Source: a bacterium (GTDB taxonomy: Bacteria > UBP15 > UBA6099 > JAJRTR01). From it: DNA of 44,660 nucleotides. The notes below the pieces were generated by a model. The model was not told where the DNA came from. It made no database searches and was given only the letters and a program-made list of their open reading frames with translations. Both the position numbers and the translations under genes were made by a program. Positions 30,052-39,272 of this stretch are shown piece after piece. The DNA lies in the NCBI GenBank assembly GCA_024278215.1, contig JAJRTR010000197.1:1-44660 (forward strand). Direction: 5' to 3'. Each line of letters opens with the position of its first letter. Position 1 is the first letter of the stretch.

Positions 30052-30341
30052 AAAGCGCGATCAACTTCAGTAATCAGATTTTCTGCACACAGATCGTCAA
30101 GCAATTCTTGCACCTGGCTCTCAACATCATGCGCACAACAGTCATAATCATTTTGAAGAACTTCGATTATATCCTCGATTACGCATATATCGCCAAGTAA
30201 TCGCCATATCTCGGTTCCTGTTTCATTCAGACTGTAGTATACCCCTGATTTAAGATTCAAAAGCACAGCCTCGCCGTTGATTATCCGTTCGACACAATCT
30301 TTGCTCCTGGTCCATCGTTTCTTTTTCGCATTAATCATCAT
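30048..30341 (-). CDS. PqqD-family peptide chaperone (RiPP recognition element)
   Basis: GEAVLLNLKSGVYYSLNETGTEIWRLL...I...L...YD....VE..V..LL.DL...LI. It has an ATGA overlap with the rSAM gene. Confidence 0.92.
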   Translation of the reverse strand: MMINAKKKRWTRSKDCVERIINGEAVLLNLKSGVYYSLNETGTEIWRLLGDICVIEDIIEVLQNDYDCCAHDVESQVQELLDDLCAENLITEVDRAL

Positions 30342-30385
30342 ATTATTGTGTAGCCGCCGGATATTTCAGTAAATACATTTCGCAC

Positions 30386-30435
30386 GAGCCAATTGCAAAA
30401 TGATATTCTGCTGTATCCGGCTGCAAGTGGTTCTC
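30386..30435. repeat. Truncated MITE terminus upstream of pqqD
   Basis: GAGCCAATTGCAAAATGATATTCTGCTG...GGCTGCAAGT. Confidence 0.65.
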
Positions 30436-30608
30436 CTTATATAATATTTTAAAATGTGGAAGTAAAAAAGTAAAGCTGTAAACGGGATGATAATAGTAAG
30501 TGTACTGTGCATCAGGTGATAATCGAGACATTTGAAGCCAGTTATTGCAGCACCTTAAATCAAGCCCAGACAGGTTGTAACGCAAGAGCAAGAAAAAAGA
30601 GTTTTTAA

Positions 30609-30637
30609 TTGCAAGGATTTTTGACATGCTGTATAAT
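30609..30637 (+). promoter_or_regulatory. Sigma70-type promoter for the SLBB-divIC-S1 genes
   Basis: TTGCAA-N17-TATAAT. Confidence 0.55.
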
Positions 30638-30713
30638 TTAAAATTAGTCGAAATACCCGACAGATAAAAAATACTTCGATTTTCATCTTTAACAGAAAAT
30701 GGAGGCACAAATA

Positions 30714-31661
30714 ATGAATAAGGCGTTTTTAAAAATCTTTTCAGCAACGCTGGTGTTTTTGTCTGCATTTGTGATGATTCACACTGACAATTCATTGTGC
30801 GTTGATAAAAGTAATTTCAAACTTGATACCGGCGATGAAATAATGGTACGAATTCCAGTCGAGCCCAAATTCAGCGGTAAATACGTAATTGACGAACAGG
30901 GACAGTTTTTCCTTCCGCTGATAGAGGGAATTGAATTGGGAGCATTTGTGGCAAAGGGCAAAACCATAAGTGAAATCGAAAAAATACTAAGTGACCGGCT
31001 TAGCGAGTACTTCATACAAACCGAAGCAACCGTATCACTGGTAAGCATGGGGATCAGACCCGGCAGATCGGTATCTGTGATAGGAGAAGTTTTCAGACCC
31101 GATAACTTTAACTTTTATGACGGATTCACCCTTGTTGACGCTATTATAAAATCTGCAAATGTCAAACCTAATGCCGACATAAGCAATATTGTGGTGCAAA
31201 GGAGAGGTTCTCCCCCGATCAATATAGACGCGAGAAATATTCTTAATGGAACAGACATGACAAACAACATTTTACTGAAGGCCGGCGACTATGTAATTGT
31301 GCCTGGTATGACATCGCACATGCAAATAAAAATAGTTGTTCTTGGAATGGTTAGTGATCCCGGAAGCTACACACTGCCGGAAGGTTCGCAGGTAATCGAC
31401 GCGATATCAGCCGCCCAGGGAACCATCGGAAGAGCGGGTATCGGAAAGTCGTACATCATCAGGTCCGTAAATGGAAGGCCAACGGTTATACACACAGATT
31501 TAAAAGCGTTGATACAGAGAGCCGATTTGAAGGAAAATGTGGAATTAATGGATGGCGATATCGTATTTGTGCCCGAATCATCAGGTTACGACATAATGAA
31601 CAAAGTGTCCGATATACTCAACCTTAATCTACTGAAAAACATCATAAAAGACGATTTTTGA
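30714..31661 (+). CDS. Polysaccharide export protein (Poly_export plus SLBB, Wza-like)
   Basis: L.TGDEI.V, IDEQGQ..LPLI....G...AKGKT, and two SLBB repeats (VSVIGEV.RP; VLGMV..PG.Y...L.DGDIVFVPES). It has a GGAGG RBS. Confidence 0.85.
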   Translation: MNKAFLKIFSATLVFLSAFVMIHTDNSLCVDKSNFKLDTGDEIMVRIPVEPKFSGKYVIDEQGQFFLPLIEGIELGAFVAKGKTISEIEKILSDRLSEYFIQTEATVSLVSMGIRPGRSVSVIGEVFRPDNFNFYDGFTLVDAIIKSANVKPNADISNIVVQRRGSPPINIDARNILNGTDMTNNILLKAGDYVIVPGMTSHMQIKIVVLGMVSDPGSYTLPEGSQVIDAISAAQGTIGRAGIGKSYIIRSVNGRPTVIHTDLKALIQRADLKENVELMDGDIVFVPESSGYDIMNKVSDILNLNLLKNIIKDDF

Positions 31662-31671
31662 ACAGGGACTA

Positions 31672-31998
31672 ATGGAGCCGGGAAAACGCGAACAGCATTA
31701 TTTGAGAAGACTGAACACTCGCGGTATATCGCGGGTCATCTATGTCGTTCTGTTCACATTCCTTGCCGTTTATTTTGGAAAACTTCATTACAGGAACTGG
31801 ATATATATGGAACACAGAGTTCGCGAAGCAAAACAGACATACAACGAGAAGTTGAACAGACTTGAAGAACTTAAAAAAGAAAAAAGGCGAATGAAAGACC
31901 CGGAGTATGTAGCGAAAATAGCACGAGAAGAACTTTACTTCATGAAACCAGGTGAAGTCAGAATAGAAGTTACGCCTGATCCGGTGACTGAAAAATAG
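31672..31998 (+). CDS. divIC: Septum formation initiator FtsB/DivIC family
   Basis: A single TM helix, a coiled coil and DPEYVAKIAREELYFMKPGE. Confidence 0.85.
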   Translation: MEPGKREQHYLRRLNTRGISRVIYVVLFTFLAVYFGKLHYRNWIYMEHRVREAKQTYNEKLNRLEELKKEKRRMKDPEYVAKIAREELYFMKPGEVRIEVTPDPVTEK

Positions 31999-32050
31999 CA
32001 GTACCGTTTGCCGGTAAACACAACCCCCTGACAGGGAGGCGTCTTTACAA

Positions 32051-32500
32051 ATGGACTATGAAGTTGGGGCACTGGTCGAGGGCACCGTGGTTGATATAGT
32101 GAAATTCGGGGCGTTCGTCAAGATCAGAGGCGGGAAAACGGGGCTTGTCCACATTTCCCAGATCAGCGACAAATTCGTGCGCGAAGTGTCGGATCATATT
32201 GACGTCGGAGCCAAAGTCTACGCCCGGGTAATTTCCATCGACGACCGAGGCAGAGTTCAATTGTCCATTAAAGATGTCTCTGAAGAAGAAATCGAAAAAC
32301 TGGAGTCCGAGAAGGAACAAAGAGACACGATCCGCAAACAGGTGTATCCCGAACATTCCGATACTTCCCACAGGCACAGGGAAGAAGATAATTTCGAGTC
32401 GAAATTCAAGCGATTCATGCGCCAGAGCGAAGACCGCCAGGTTGACATCAAGCGCAATCTCGAATCAAAACGTGGCGGCAGCAAACGTCGCAGAAAATAA
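32051..32500 (+). CDS. S1 RNA-binding domain protein (YabR-like)
   Basis: EVGALVEGTV..I..FGAFV.....TGLVHISQIS and the C-terminal FE.K..RFMRQSEDR..D.KRN.ESKRGG. It follows divIC as in Firmicutes. Confidence 0.9.
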   Translation: MDYEVGALVEGTVVDIVKFGAFVKIRGGKTGLVHISQISDKFVREVSDHIDVGAKVYARVISIDDRGRVQLSIKDVSEEEIEKLESEKEQRDTIRKQVYPEHSDTSHRHREEDNFESKFKRFMRQSEDRQVDIKRNLESKRGGSKRRRK

Positions 32501-32609
32501 TCATTCAGTAACTTCACCTCTACCTTCCGCTCGAAAGAAATATCAGATGCTTTTTCGTCGATTCATTCCGTCAGTCCTCCATGTCAGGCGAATCGAAGAT
32601 TCTCGTTTT

Positions 32610-32800
32610 CGATAACCATCTCCTCGGTTCCACTGTTCCCGGCTGGAACGATCGGACTGAGTGCTCCTGCTACGTTCTCAACTTAACGGATTTCTTTTTG
32701 AGAAATCAGGGATAGCGCTTTCCTCGCAATAACCCGACAAAGAGCATAGGATCGTTCAATCCGGGCGTTTCGGGTCGGCCCACGGGACGAGAAAGAACGT
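32610..32800. repeat. Composite repeat: two inverted arms around a GGATTTCT/AGAAATC hairpin
   Basis: The right arm CGTTCAATCCGGGCGTTTCGGGTCGG and the left arm (reverse complement AGCACTCAGTCCGATCGTTCCAGCCGG) resemble 44590..44620. The central hairpin is shared with 1754 and 20190. Confidence 0.55.
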
Positions 32801-33156
32801 CACAATACTGATTCGTGTGTAATTAGCCATTTTCAATACAGCCGTTGTTGTTAAAGTCAGCGAAAATGCACAAAAACGCTATTTGCGAGTTCGCTATTGT
32901 TGCTTATTGTCTGTTGACAAATGTCATCCGTGCCTTTTTATACACGAATCAATACTAAGAAAAAATATGCAATAAAACATACATTATTTCACAAGGTGAA
33001 AACATATCCGACAACCCGGTTGTGAGTTGACATTATTGATCGGGCAACATAAACTTAAGCACGGAAAATCAGTGACGCAACAGCATATTCATGAATAAAT
33101 GCTTAAGATAATCCGGTTACGTAAAATCTCATTGAAGAGGGTTGCGGGAACATAAT

Positions 33157-34239
33157 ATGGAGCTTGTTGAACTGCTGAAGGTATTCAGGAAACATCTGAT
33201 ATTGATATTCGGACTTTCGATATTTTCTATGGTATCTGCAATATGCGTTGTCTGGAATATCGAAAGGGAATATGCCGCAACTGCGAAGCTTATCGTGCGG
33301 AAATCAGATAATCTCAGATTGGGCCGTGCCTCCGTACTGATCGGACTCGACAGTTCCATGTCGGGGATTTCCGTCGAGTATGTAAGAGTCATCATCAGCT
33401 CCGACACGATCGCAAAAAAGGTGATAGAGTCGCTTGACCTGTTGAATGAACCTCTTTTTACCGACAAAAAACTCACTTACGAGAAAATGCTTAGAAAATT
33501 CCATAAAAAGACGGAGATAGATGACAAACAATATGGAACACTCGCTGTGAAATTTTACAGTACAGACCCGGAGTTCGCCGCGAAGGTCGCAAACGAGATA
33601 GCACAGCAGACGGTTGATTATATCCTGCAGGAGAAACTGGAGGATTCGGAATATCTGAGTTCAAAGGTAGTCGCCGCGAGGGCGGAACTCGAGGCTATCG
33701 AAGCAAAAACCCAGCAATATGAAGAAGAAAATAACATTGTGAAAATTAATAGCCAACTTGATCTGCATCTTTCCTCACTTACGCAATACCAGCGCCAGGT
33801 GGTTGAGAATAATGCAACAGTAAAGGGGTTGAAGAGAGTTCTCGAATCGACTACAAACCCGGTACTGGCGACACAGACGCAGCAGAAGATCGAGGAACTG
33901 ACTCAGCTTGGGAAAGTACTGCAATCAAAAATCGACGAGTTGGAAGCCCGCTTCAGTAGTATGCCCGAGCAGAAACGGGAGTACCAGGAAATGCTTAGGC
34001 AGAAGGCTGAAGCTGTGAAAAAACTCGTCTCTCTCGAAGCTATGCTCGATATGAACATGACCGAAGTCGACCGTTCTGCCGAAAACGTGAAAATTCTGGA
34101 CAGAGCCTATGCAACAGACCTGCCTGTGAGACCGAGAAAGATTCTTATCGTCATGCTTTGCACAGCAGCAGGCTTCTTTCTCGGTTTTTTCATTGCCGTT
34201 GCTGTCGAGGCTGTCAGAGCAGATGAAGAGGCATCCTGA
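33157..34239 (+). CDS. Polysaccharide co-polymerase / chain-length determinant (Wzz/GumC-like, no kinase domain)
   Basis: An N-terminal TM helix with Y.ATAKL, S.DPEFAAKVAN, a long coiled coil, and KILDRA...PVRPRK before the C-terminal TM. Confidence 0.85.
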   Translation: MELVELLKVFRKHLILIFGLSIFSMVSAICVVWNIEREYAATAKLIVRKSDNLRLGRASVLIGLDSSMSGISVEYVRVIISSDTIAKKVIESLDLLNEPLFTDKKLTYEKMLRKFHKKTEIDDKQYGTLAVKFYSTDPEFAAKVANEIAQQTVDYILQEKLEDSEYLSSKVVAARAELEAIEAKTQQYEEENNIVKINSQLDLHLSSLTQYQRQVVENNATVKGLKRVLESTTNPVLATQTQQKIEELTQLGKVLQSKIDELEARFSSMPEQKREYQEMLRQKAEAVKKLVSLEAMLDMNMTEVDRSAENVKILDRAYATDLPVRPRKILIVMLCTAAGFFLGFFIAVAVEAVRADEEAS

Positions 34240-34278
34240 CAGGTACAACTTGAATATTTCATTGAGGAAAAACGATAA

Positions 34279-35862
34279 ATGAATTGCATATCAAACAGAA
34301 GAATTGTTGTCTGTGTTGTTGGAATGCTTTTTACTTTGCTGATGCTTTCGATGTCGCCGAAACGCGCATATTCGGAATCGACGGAATATGCCAGGGCCGG
34401 GAGTGATTTATCTATTTACCAGGCAATGCCGGATATGCAATCCGGGAGAAGCGCCGCGGATCATGTCCCCATGAATATCGATTTCTACAACAGGATGATC
34501 AGCAGTATCGATCCTGACAGATATGTAGTTGATTCAGGAGATGTTTTCAGTGTCCTCACGTGGAAACCCGGCTTGAAGAGTAGTGAGATGCTTGTCACGG
34601 TCGATCATGGAGTTATCTTTCTCGAGATGATCGGCGAATTGACTGTCGGCGGGCTTACGCTGACCGATACAATCGCGAAGATAAAGGCTGCATATTTCGA
34701 GAAGTTCAAGCAGTTTAACGTGAGAGTGAAACTCAGCAGGATGAGAACTTATGAAGTGCTTGTCGCAGGCCAGGTGAAGTCTCCCGGCTACTACCAGCTG
34801 AACCCGCTGACAAGACTATCGACCATACTGGACATGGCGGGCGGTTTCAATGGGGTCGGGTCTATGAGGTCCATAACCGTTTATGACGATAACGGCGGCA
34901 GCAGGGTGTGCGACCTTACGCTTTTCGATGAAGAGGGCGACGCGGAGCAGAACCCGTATATCCTTGAAAACAGCAGGATCATCGTGCCGGTTGTTTACGG
35001 CAGAGTGATGGTGAAGGGCGGTTTTATAAAACCGGGCAATTACGAAATTGTGGACGGCGAAACGCTTTTTTCGCTCATAAAATATTTTAAAGGTCTGCTC
35101 CCCGGTGCCGACAAGTCGGAAATACAGTTGATACGGCATGTCGCGCAAGGAACTTCCGGACCCAGATTTGCCACATTTGTTTTCTCTATGGAAGACATCG
35201 CGGGAAAAATCGGCAAAGATTTCAACGTCGCGCCGGGAGATACTCTGGAAGCCATTGACAGTTCGGCAAATTATACTGTTTCGATTATGGGCGCTGTTAA
35301 AAATCCGGGGACGCACTCTTATGTCGACGGAATGCGCTTGTCCGACCTCATAAGGGCAGCAGGCGGGCTCCAGCTGAAAGCGGGCCGGGCGGGCGACAGC
35401 CCGGGCGTGGAAATGTCTTCAATAAGAAACGCCACACTCCGGAGAGTTTCTCCCGAGACAGGCGAGTCCACCGAGACTGTGATCGACTTGAATGCTCTGC
35501 TCATTTTCCATGACGGCACGCAGGATATCGAACTCAAGGCGGGCGATTACATCACTGTGCTTGTTGAAACACAGGTTGTTTATGTCGACGGCATGGTCCA
35601 GCACGGCGGGTTCTTTCCTTACGATCCCGATAAAAGCGTGAAGGATTACATCTACATGGCGGGAGGCCCGAAACAGGAATCGGATATCGGCAGATCGAAG
35701 TTGACACGAAACGGTGTAACAACGTATATCAGTTTGTCGGAAAATGTTTTGCCGGGCGACAGCATCAATGTGCCTCCGGACAAAAGTTACAACTTATCCA
35801 GATATCTCGGGTTCCTGTCAAACCTGTACATCGTGTTTCAGATAATAGGCAAAACAAATTAA
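34279..35862 (+). CDS. Multi-SLBB polysaccharide export protein (KpsD/OtnA-like)
   Basis: YVVDSGD, G.I....IG.L.V.GLTL, and repeated V.G.V..PG.Y....L...AGG modules. Confidence 0.85.
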   Translation: MNCISNRRIVVCVVGMLFTLLMLSMSPKRAYSESTEYARAGSDLSIYQAMPDMQSGRSAADHVPMNIDFYNRMISSIDPDRYVVDSGDVFSVLTWKPGLKSSEMLVTVDHGVIFLEMIGELTVGGLTLTDTIAKIKAAYFEKFKQFNVRVKLSRMRTYEVLVAGQVKSPGYYQLNPLTRLSTILDMAGGFNGVGSMRSITVYDDNGGSRVCDLTLFDEEGDAEQNPYILENSRIIVPVVYGRVMVKGGFIKPGNYEIVDGETLFSLIKYFKGLLPGADKSEIQLIRHVAQGTSGPRFATFVFSMEDIAGKIGKDFNVAPGDTLEAIDSSANYTVSIMGAVKNPGTHSYVDGMRLSDLIRAAGGLQLKAGRAGDSPGVEMSSIRNATLRRVSPETGESTETVIDLNALLIFHDGTQDIELKAGDYITVLVETQVVYVDGMVQHGGFFPYDPDKSVKDYIYMAGGPKQESDIGRSKLTRNGVTTYISLSENVLPGDSINVPPDKSYNLSRYLGFLSNLYIVFQIIGKTN

Positions 35863-35910
35863 CTGATGAATGTTGAACTGCAGTGACTACAGCAAGGACG
35901 CAACTTAGAA

Positions 35911-37440
35911 ATGACAACCGTCAGTCTATCTCCTGAAAAGCGCAATATAAGAATATACCTGTTTGCAGCGTTTGTTGTAGCAGTGGGTATTATCCTCGCG
36001 TATTACCTGTGGGGTTTGCTGGGACTGTTTTCTTTTTTCCTGATCTCACTGTATCTTTTCGCCGGAACAATAGCCGGTAAATTTGTCAAAGACGTGCCCG
36101 AACGCGAAAAAAGAAATGTGTGGTGCCTGTTTCTCATCGCACTCGCGATTCGGGTTGTGTGCGCAATCGCCGTCTACATGTTGCATCCGACAGCCGTTAC
36201 GAAGGACGAAACAATCTACTTGCGGAGCGGCCTCTATATCGCTGATATTCTGGCTGCCGGTCGCATCCCCGACCTTTACATGATTTCACAGGGTGGGTTC
36301 CACTACGGATATTCTCTGCTTGTCGCATTTCACGACCTGCTTTACTCCTCACGCCTGCTGTCCATGTTTACGAACTGTTTTCTTAACGCTTTTACGATAT
36401 ATTTTCTTCACAGACTGACCGTAATATATTTTCCGGGCGAAAAAAATGAGAAACTGCGTCACGTTACATGTTTCATTTATGCCCTGTTCCCATTTGCAAT
36501 ATATTTAAGCGCAAGCAACCTGAAGGAAGCGACCGTAACATTTATTGTCATGGCGATACTTGTGCAACTGTCCGAACTGGCGAGAAAGGTGACAGCCGTA
36601 AGGCTCGCGCAACTGTTGTTGCTGCTGTTTGTCCTGAGGACATTCAGGTTTTATCTTCTGTTTATTATTGTTGCCGTTATTTTTGCGATGATGTTGATGA
36701 TCTATAACCGAAAAGGCCCCGATGTACTGCTGAAGAGAATATTTGCGATAGCATGTGTTATCGCCGTTCTTATGGTTGTTCCGGCGTTTCGAGACCTTTT
36801 TACGCATAATCTGCAACGAAGCATCTCGCAGGAAGTTCTCGGAAGATTTGTTTTAACGGCACTGGTTAAGGGCGCGCCTGTCGGCGTAGTAGGCGGTACG
36901 ATCGGTTCTTCGACTCTCCTTTCATCACTTGCAGGCGGTTTGACAAGATTTTTCTTCAGTCCTATTCCCGGCACCGCTTATCTCAACGACGGTGTCCGGG
37001 CCACACTCGAGTTCGATGCGCTCGCAAGTTATTTTCTGCTGCCTTTTTTCCTCTATGGCTTTTTCGGGTTCATCAAACGAAATTTCAGGAACGGTCTGCC
37101 TGTCTATGCGTTCATGCTCGGCTTCCTTATTCTGGAGTCGATAGTGTTCTTCGGCATCGGAAGGCGCAACATGCCTGTGGAGGTACTGTTCGTGTTCTTC
37201 GCCGCATACGGGCTGGTCGGGCGCAAGGAGTTTTACCCATACGCCGCAATGTTTCACTTCTTAATTGTTTGTTTCCTGTTTAATTTTCATTGCGGATTGA
37301 AGTTGACGATAACCTTGATCGGGCCACTCTTTGTGATACTCTTTCTTTTTATAGTGTGGCTGGCGTTTTTCGCACATCTGCCGGGCTATAAATGGAGATT
37401 TCAAAAGAAACAGGCAACGAGCGGCAGCGTGATGAAATGA
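35911..37440 (+). CDS. Polytopic membrane protein, probably a Wzy-like polymerase / GT-C fold
   Basis: Many TM helices and a DE..Y motif in the first loop. It lies between the SLBB gene and the flippase. Confidence 0.6.
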   Translation: MTTVSLSPEKRNIRIYLFAAFVVAVGIILAYYLWGLLGLFSFFLISLYLFAGTIAGKFVKDVPEREKRNVWCLFLIALAIRVVCAIAVYMLHPTAVTKDETIYLRSGLYIADILAAGRIPDLYMISQGGFHYGYSLLVAFHDLLYSSRLLSMFTNCFLNAFTIYFLHRLTVIYFPGEKNEKLRHVTCFIYALFPFAIYLSASNLKEATVTFIVMAILVQLSELARKVTAVRLAQLLLLLFVLRTFRFYLLFIIVAVIFAMMLMIYNRKGPDVLLKRIFAIACVIAVLMVVPAFRDLFTHNLQRSISQEVLGRFVLTALVKGAPVGVVGGTIGSSTLLSSLAGGLTRFFFSPIPGTAYLNDGVRATLEFDALASYFLLPFFLYGFFGFIKRNFRNGLPVYAFMLGFLILESIVFFGIGRRNMPVEVLFVFFAAYGLVGRKEFYPYAAMFHFLIVCFLFNFHCGLKLTITLIGPLFVILFLFIVWLAFFAHLPGYKWRFQKKQATSGSVMK

Positions 37441-38954
37441 GCGATTCAAGGCGAGTCCTTTCAGGCAGTATCGCGTTATACTCCTCTAATATCTTTGTCA
37501 TCATAATTGGTTTTTTCACATCCGTAATACTTGTTAGAAACGTGTCCGAGGCGGATTACGGCGTTTATAATGTGTTTGTAAGTATCTTTGCTCTCGGCTC
37601 TTACATCACCTCGCTCGGCCTTCAAAATGTCATCATCCGCTTTGTCCCCGAATACCTTTCGCAAAAAAAATATAATATTGTTTTTATGCTTATCTCCGGT
37701 TCGCTCATGCTGCGGGCCGTGATGTCGATACTTTTTGTTTCAGGGCTTATTATCTTTAAAAATGCGTTGCTGATACATTTCAAACTTCCTATTCTTATCT
37801 CCTCGATATACATGATGATTTGCTTCACATTTTTACTGATCGCCATGAAGAGGATCATCGGAACGAATTTTCTGAACGCGTTCATGCGACAAATGATGGA
37901 TACCGGTACTATCGTTGTTACGAATATTATCCGCATCGTCCTTCTGCTGCTCTTCTTCAGGATGGGATACGGGCTTTACGGAGTGTTCCTCTCATGGTTT
38001 ATTTCGGAATTCGCGGCATTTTCGATATATGCCGTCAATGCCATAACGATCCTTGCCGGGTTGAAAAAGAAAAAACACGAAGACTCCGGCGGTGAACTGG
38101 AGATAACGCCGATAGTAAGATACGGCCTTTTCGACTATTTCGGCTCATGGACTTGGTTCCTGCGAGACCTGACGATAGACACTTTTATCATTGCCTATTA
38201 TCTCGACATGAAGCAGGTCGGGCTGTACGCTTTCGCGATTAAGATTATCGTCCTGTCACGCATATTCAATCCCACGGAAATACTCAAAGGCGTCATTATC
38301 CCCATGGTCGCGTCGAGATACAGAGAGTCGGAGGCCAAAGAGGACCTGAAGTTTCTATTCAAGTTTTTAACGAAGCTGACTCTTTTCCTGATCGTACCGG
38401 CGTATTTCGGAATCGCGTTCCTTGCTGAAAAACTTATCATTCATGTTTTCGACCCCAAGTTCGTGGCGAGTATACCGATACTTTTTATGCTGCTCGGGTT
38501 CCTTTTCTTCAGGCGCATAACGAGCGCATTCGGTATCATACTTGTCATTCTTAAGAAAAATGAGTACTTTTTCTATACGGGCATTTTCGGGGTCTACAAC
38601 ATTCTTCTGGAGCTTGTCCTTGTGCCGCGAACGGGGATAATGGGCGCGGCCTTTGCTTCCGGGTCCACCGTGCTTCTGATGTATCTTTTCTACTGGCTTG
38701 TATTCATTTATATTCTCAAAATCAGGATAAGTTTCCCTTTTACGGCGGCGCTCAAGATTGCGCTGAATACGGCGGCGATGCTGATCGCTTTGTACTTCAT
38801 GGAACCTCACATCAACTCCGTGATCTCGCTTATGGCGGCAACACTTGTAGCGGCGGTCGTTTATTTTATGGTGTCTGCCGTCAACAGACCGTTTGTCGAT
38901 GAAGAAAGAAAATTATTGAACAAGTCCATCGGCAGACCCCTGTGGATTTTCTGA
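37437..38954 (+). CDS. wzx: Oligosaccharide flippase (Wzx/MOP family)
   Basis: R....ADYGVY, LGL...IIRFVP, D.FII.YYL...QVGLY.FA, LVPR.GIMGAAFA. It has an ATGA overlap with the preceding gene. Confidence 0.85.
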   Translation: MSDSRRVLSGSIALYSSNIFVIIIGFFTSVILVRNVSEADYGVYNVFVSIFALGSYITSLGLQNVIIRFVPEYLSQKKYNIVFMLISGSLMLRAVMSILFVSGLIIFKNALLIHFKLPILISSIYMMICFTFLLIAMKRIIGTNFLNAFMRQMMDTGTIVVTNIIRIVLLLLFFRMGYGLYGVFLSWFISEFAAFSIYAVNAITILAGLKKKKHEDSGGELEITPIVRYGLFDYFGSWTWFLRDLTIDTFIIAYYLDMKQVGLYAFAIKIIVLSRIFNPTEILKGVIIPMVASRYRESEAKEDLKFLFKFLTKLTLFLIVPAYFGIAFLAEKLIIHVFDPKFVASIPILFMLLGFLFFRRITSAFGIILVILKKNEYFFYTGIFGVYNILLELVLVPRTGIMGAAFASGSTVLLMYLFYWLVFIYILKIRISFPFTAALKIALNTAAMLIALYFMEPHINSVISLMAATLVAAVVYFMVSAVNRPFVDEERKLLNKSIGRPLWIF

Positions 38955-39017
38955 ATCATCAAATATCCAGTGTCCTGTCAACTTTAGCAGCCAGATAGAA
39001 AACGCCCTTTTTTGCAT

Positions 39018-39070
39018 AAATCAAGGAATGCCTCGGAAAGACAACCGTGCGAAATGAGTGGTGGAGGGGC
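39018..39070. repeat. Highly diverged fragment of the MITE internal module
   Basis: AAATCAAGGAATGCCTCGGAAAGACAACCGTGCGAAATGAGTGGTGGAGGGG resembles AAATCGGGAGAATGCCTGTAATAACAAGGCGCGACAAGTGAGTGGTAAGGGAG at about 20038. Confidence 0.5.
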
Positions 39071-39272
39071 GTTCGTGGCGGAGCAAGGTCGGGACAAGAA
39101 TGTTCGTCGATACATAGTCGTCACGGGAAAAACGGATAAGCCAGTTATAACCTCACAGAGGTTAAAGGTGTATACAAGCAATAAGTAATGGTGTAAAATT
39201 GCAAGGAAAACGGGAAGCCATTTTCAAGACAAAATTTCAAGATATAAGCGATCAGGATAACTGTTCAGTCTA

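Noticed and set aside
28848-30341. Lasso peptide or PQQ biosynthesis cluster
   Set aside because: There is no lasso cyclase or B2 protease, no Thr(-2) and no Asp/Glu at core positions 7-9. There is also no pqqB/pqqC and no ExxxY PqqA motif.
30342-30713. Replication origin at the gene-strand switch near 30.5 kb
   Set aside because: No DnaA-box cluster was seen here. A divergent promoter region explains the switch.
30343-30795. 150-aa minus-strand ORF upstream of pqqD
   Set aside because: It overlaps the Wza-like gene start, a promoter and a MITE fragment, and its composition is not protein-like.
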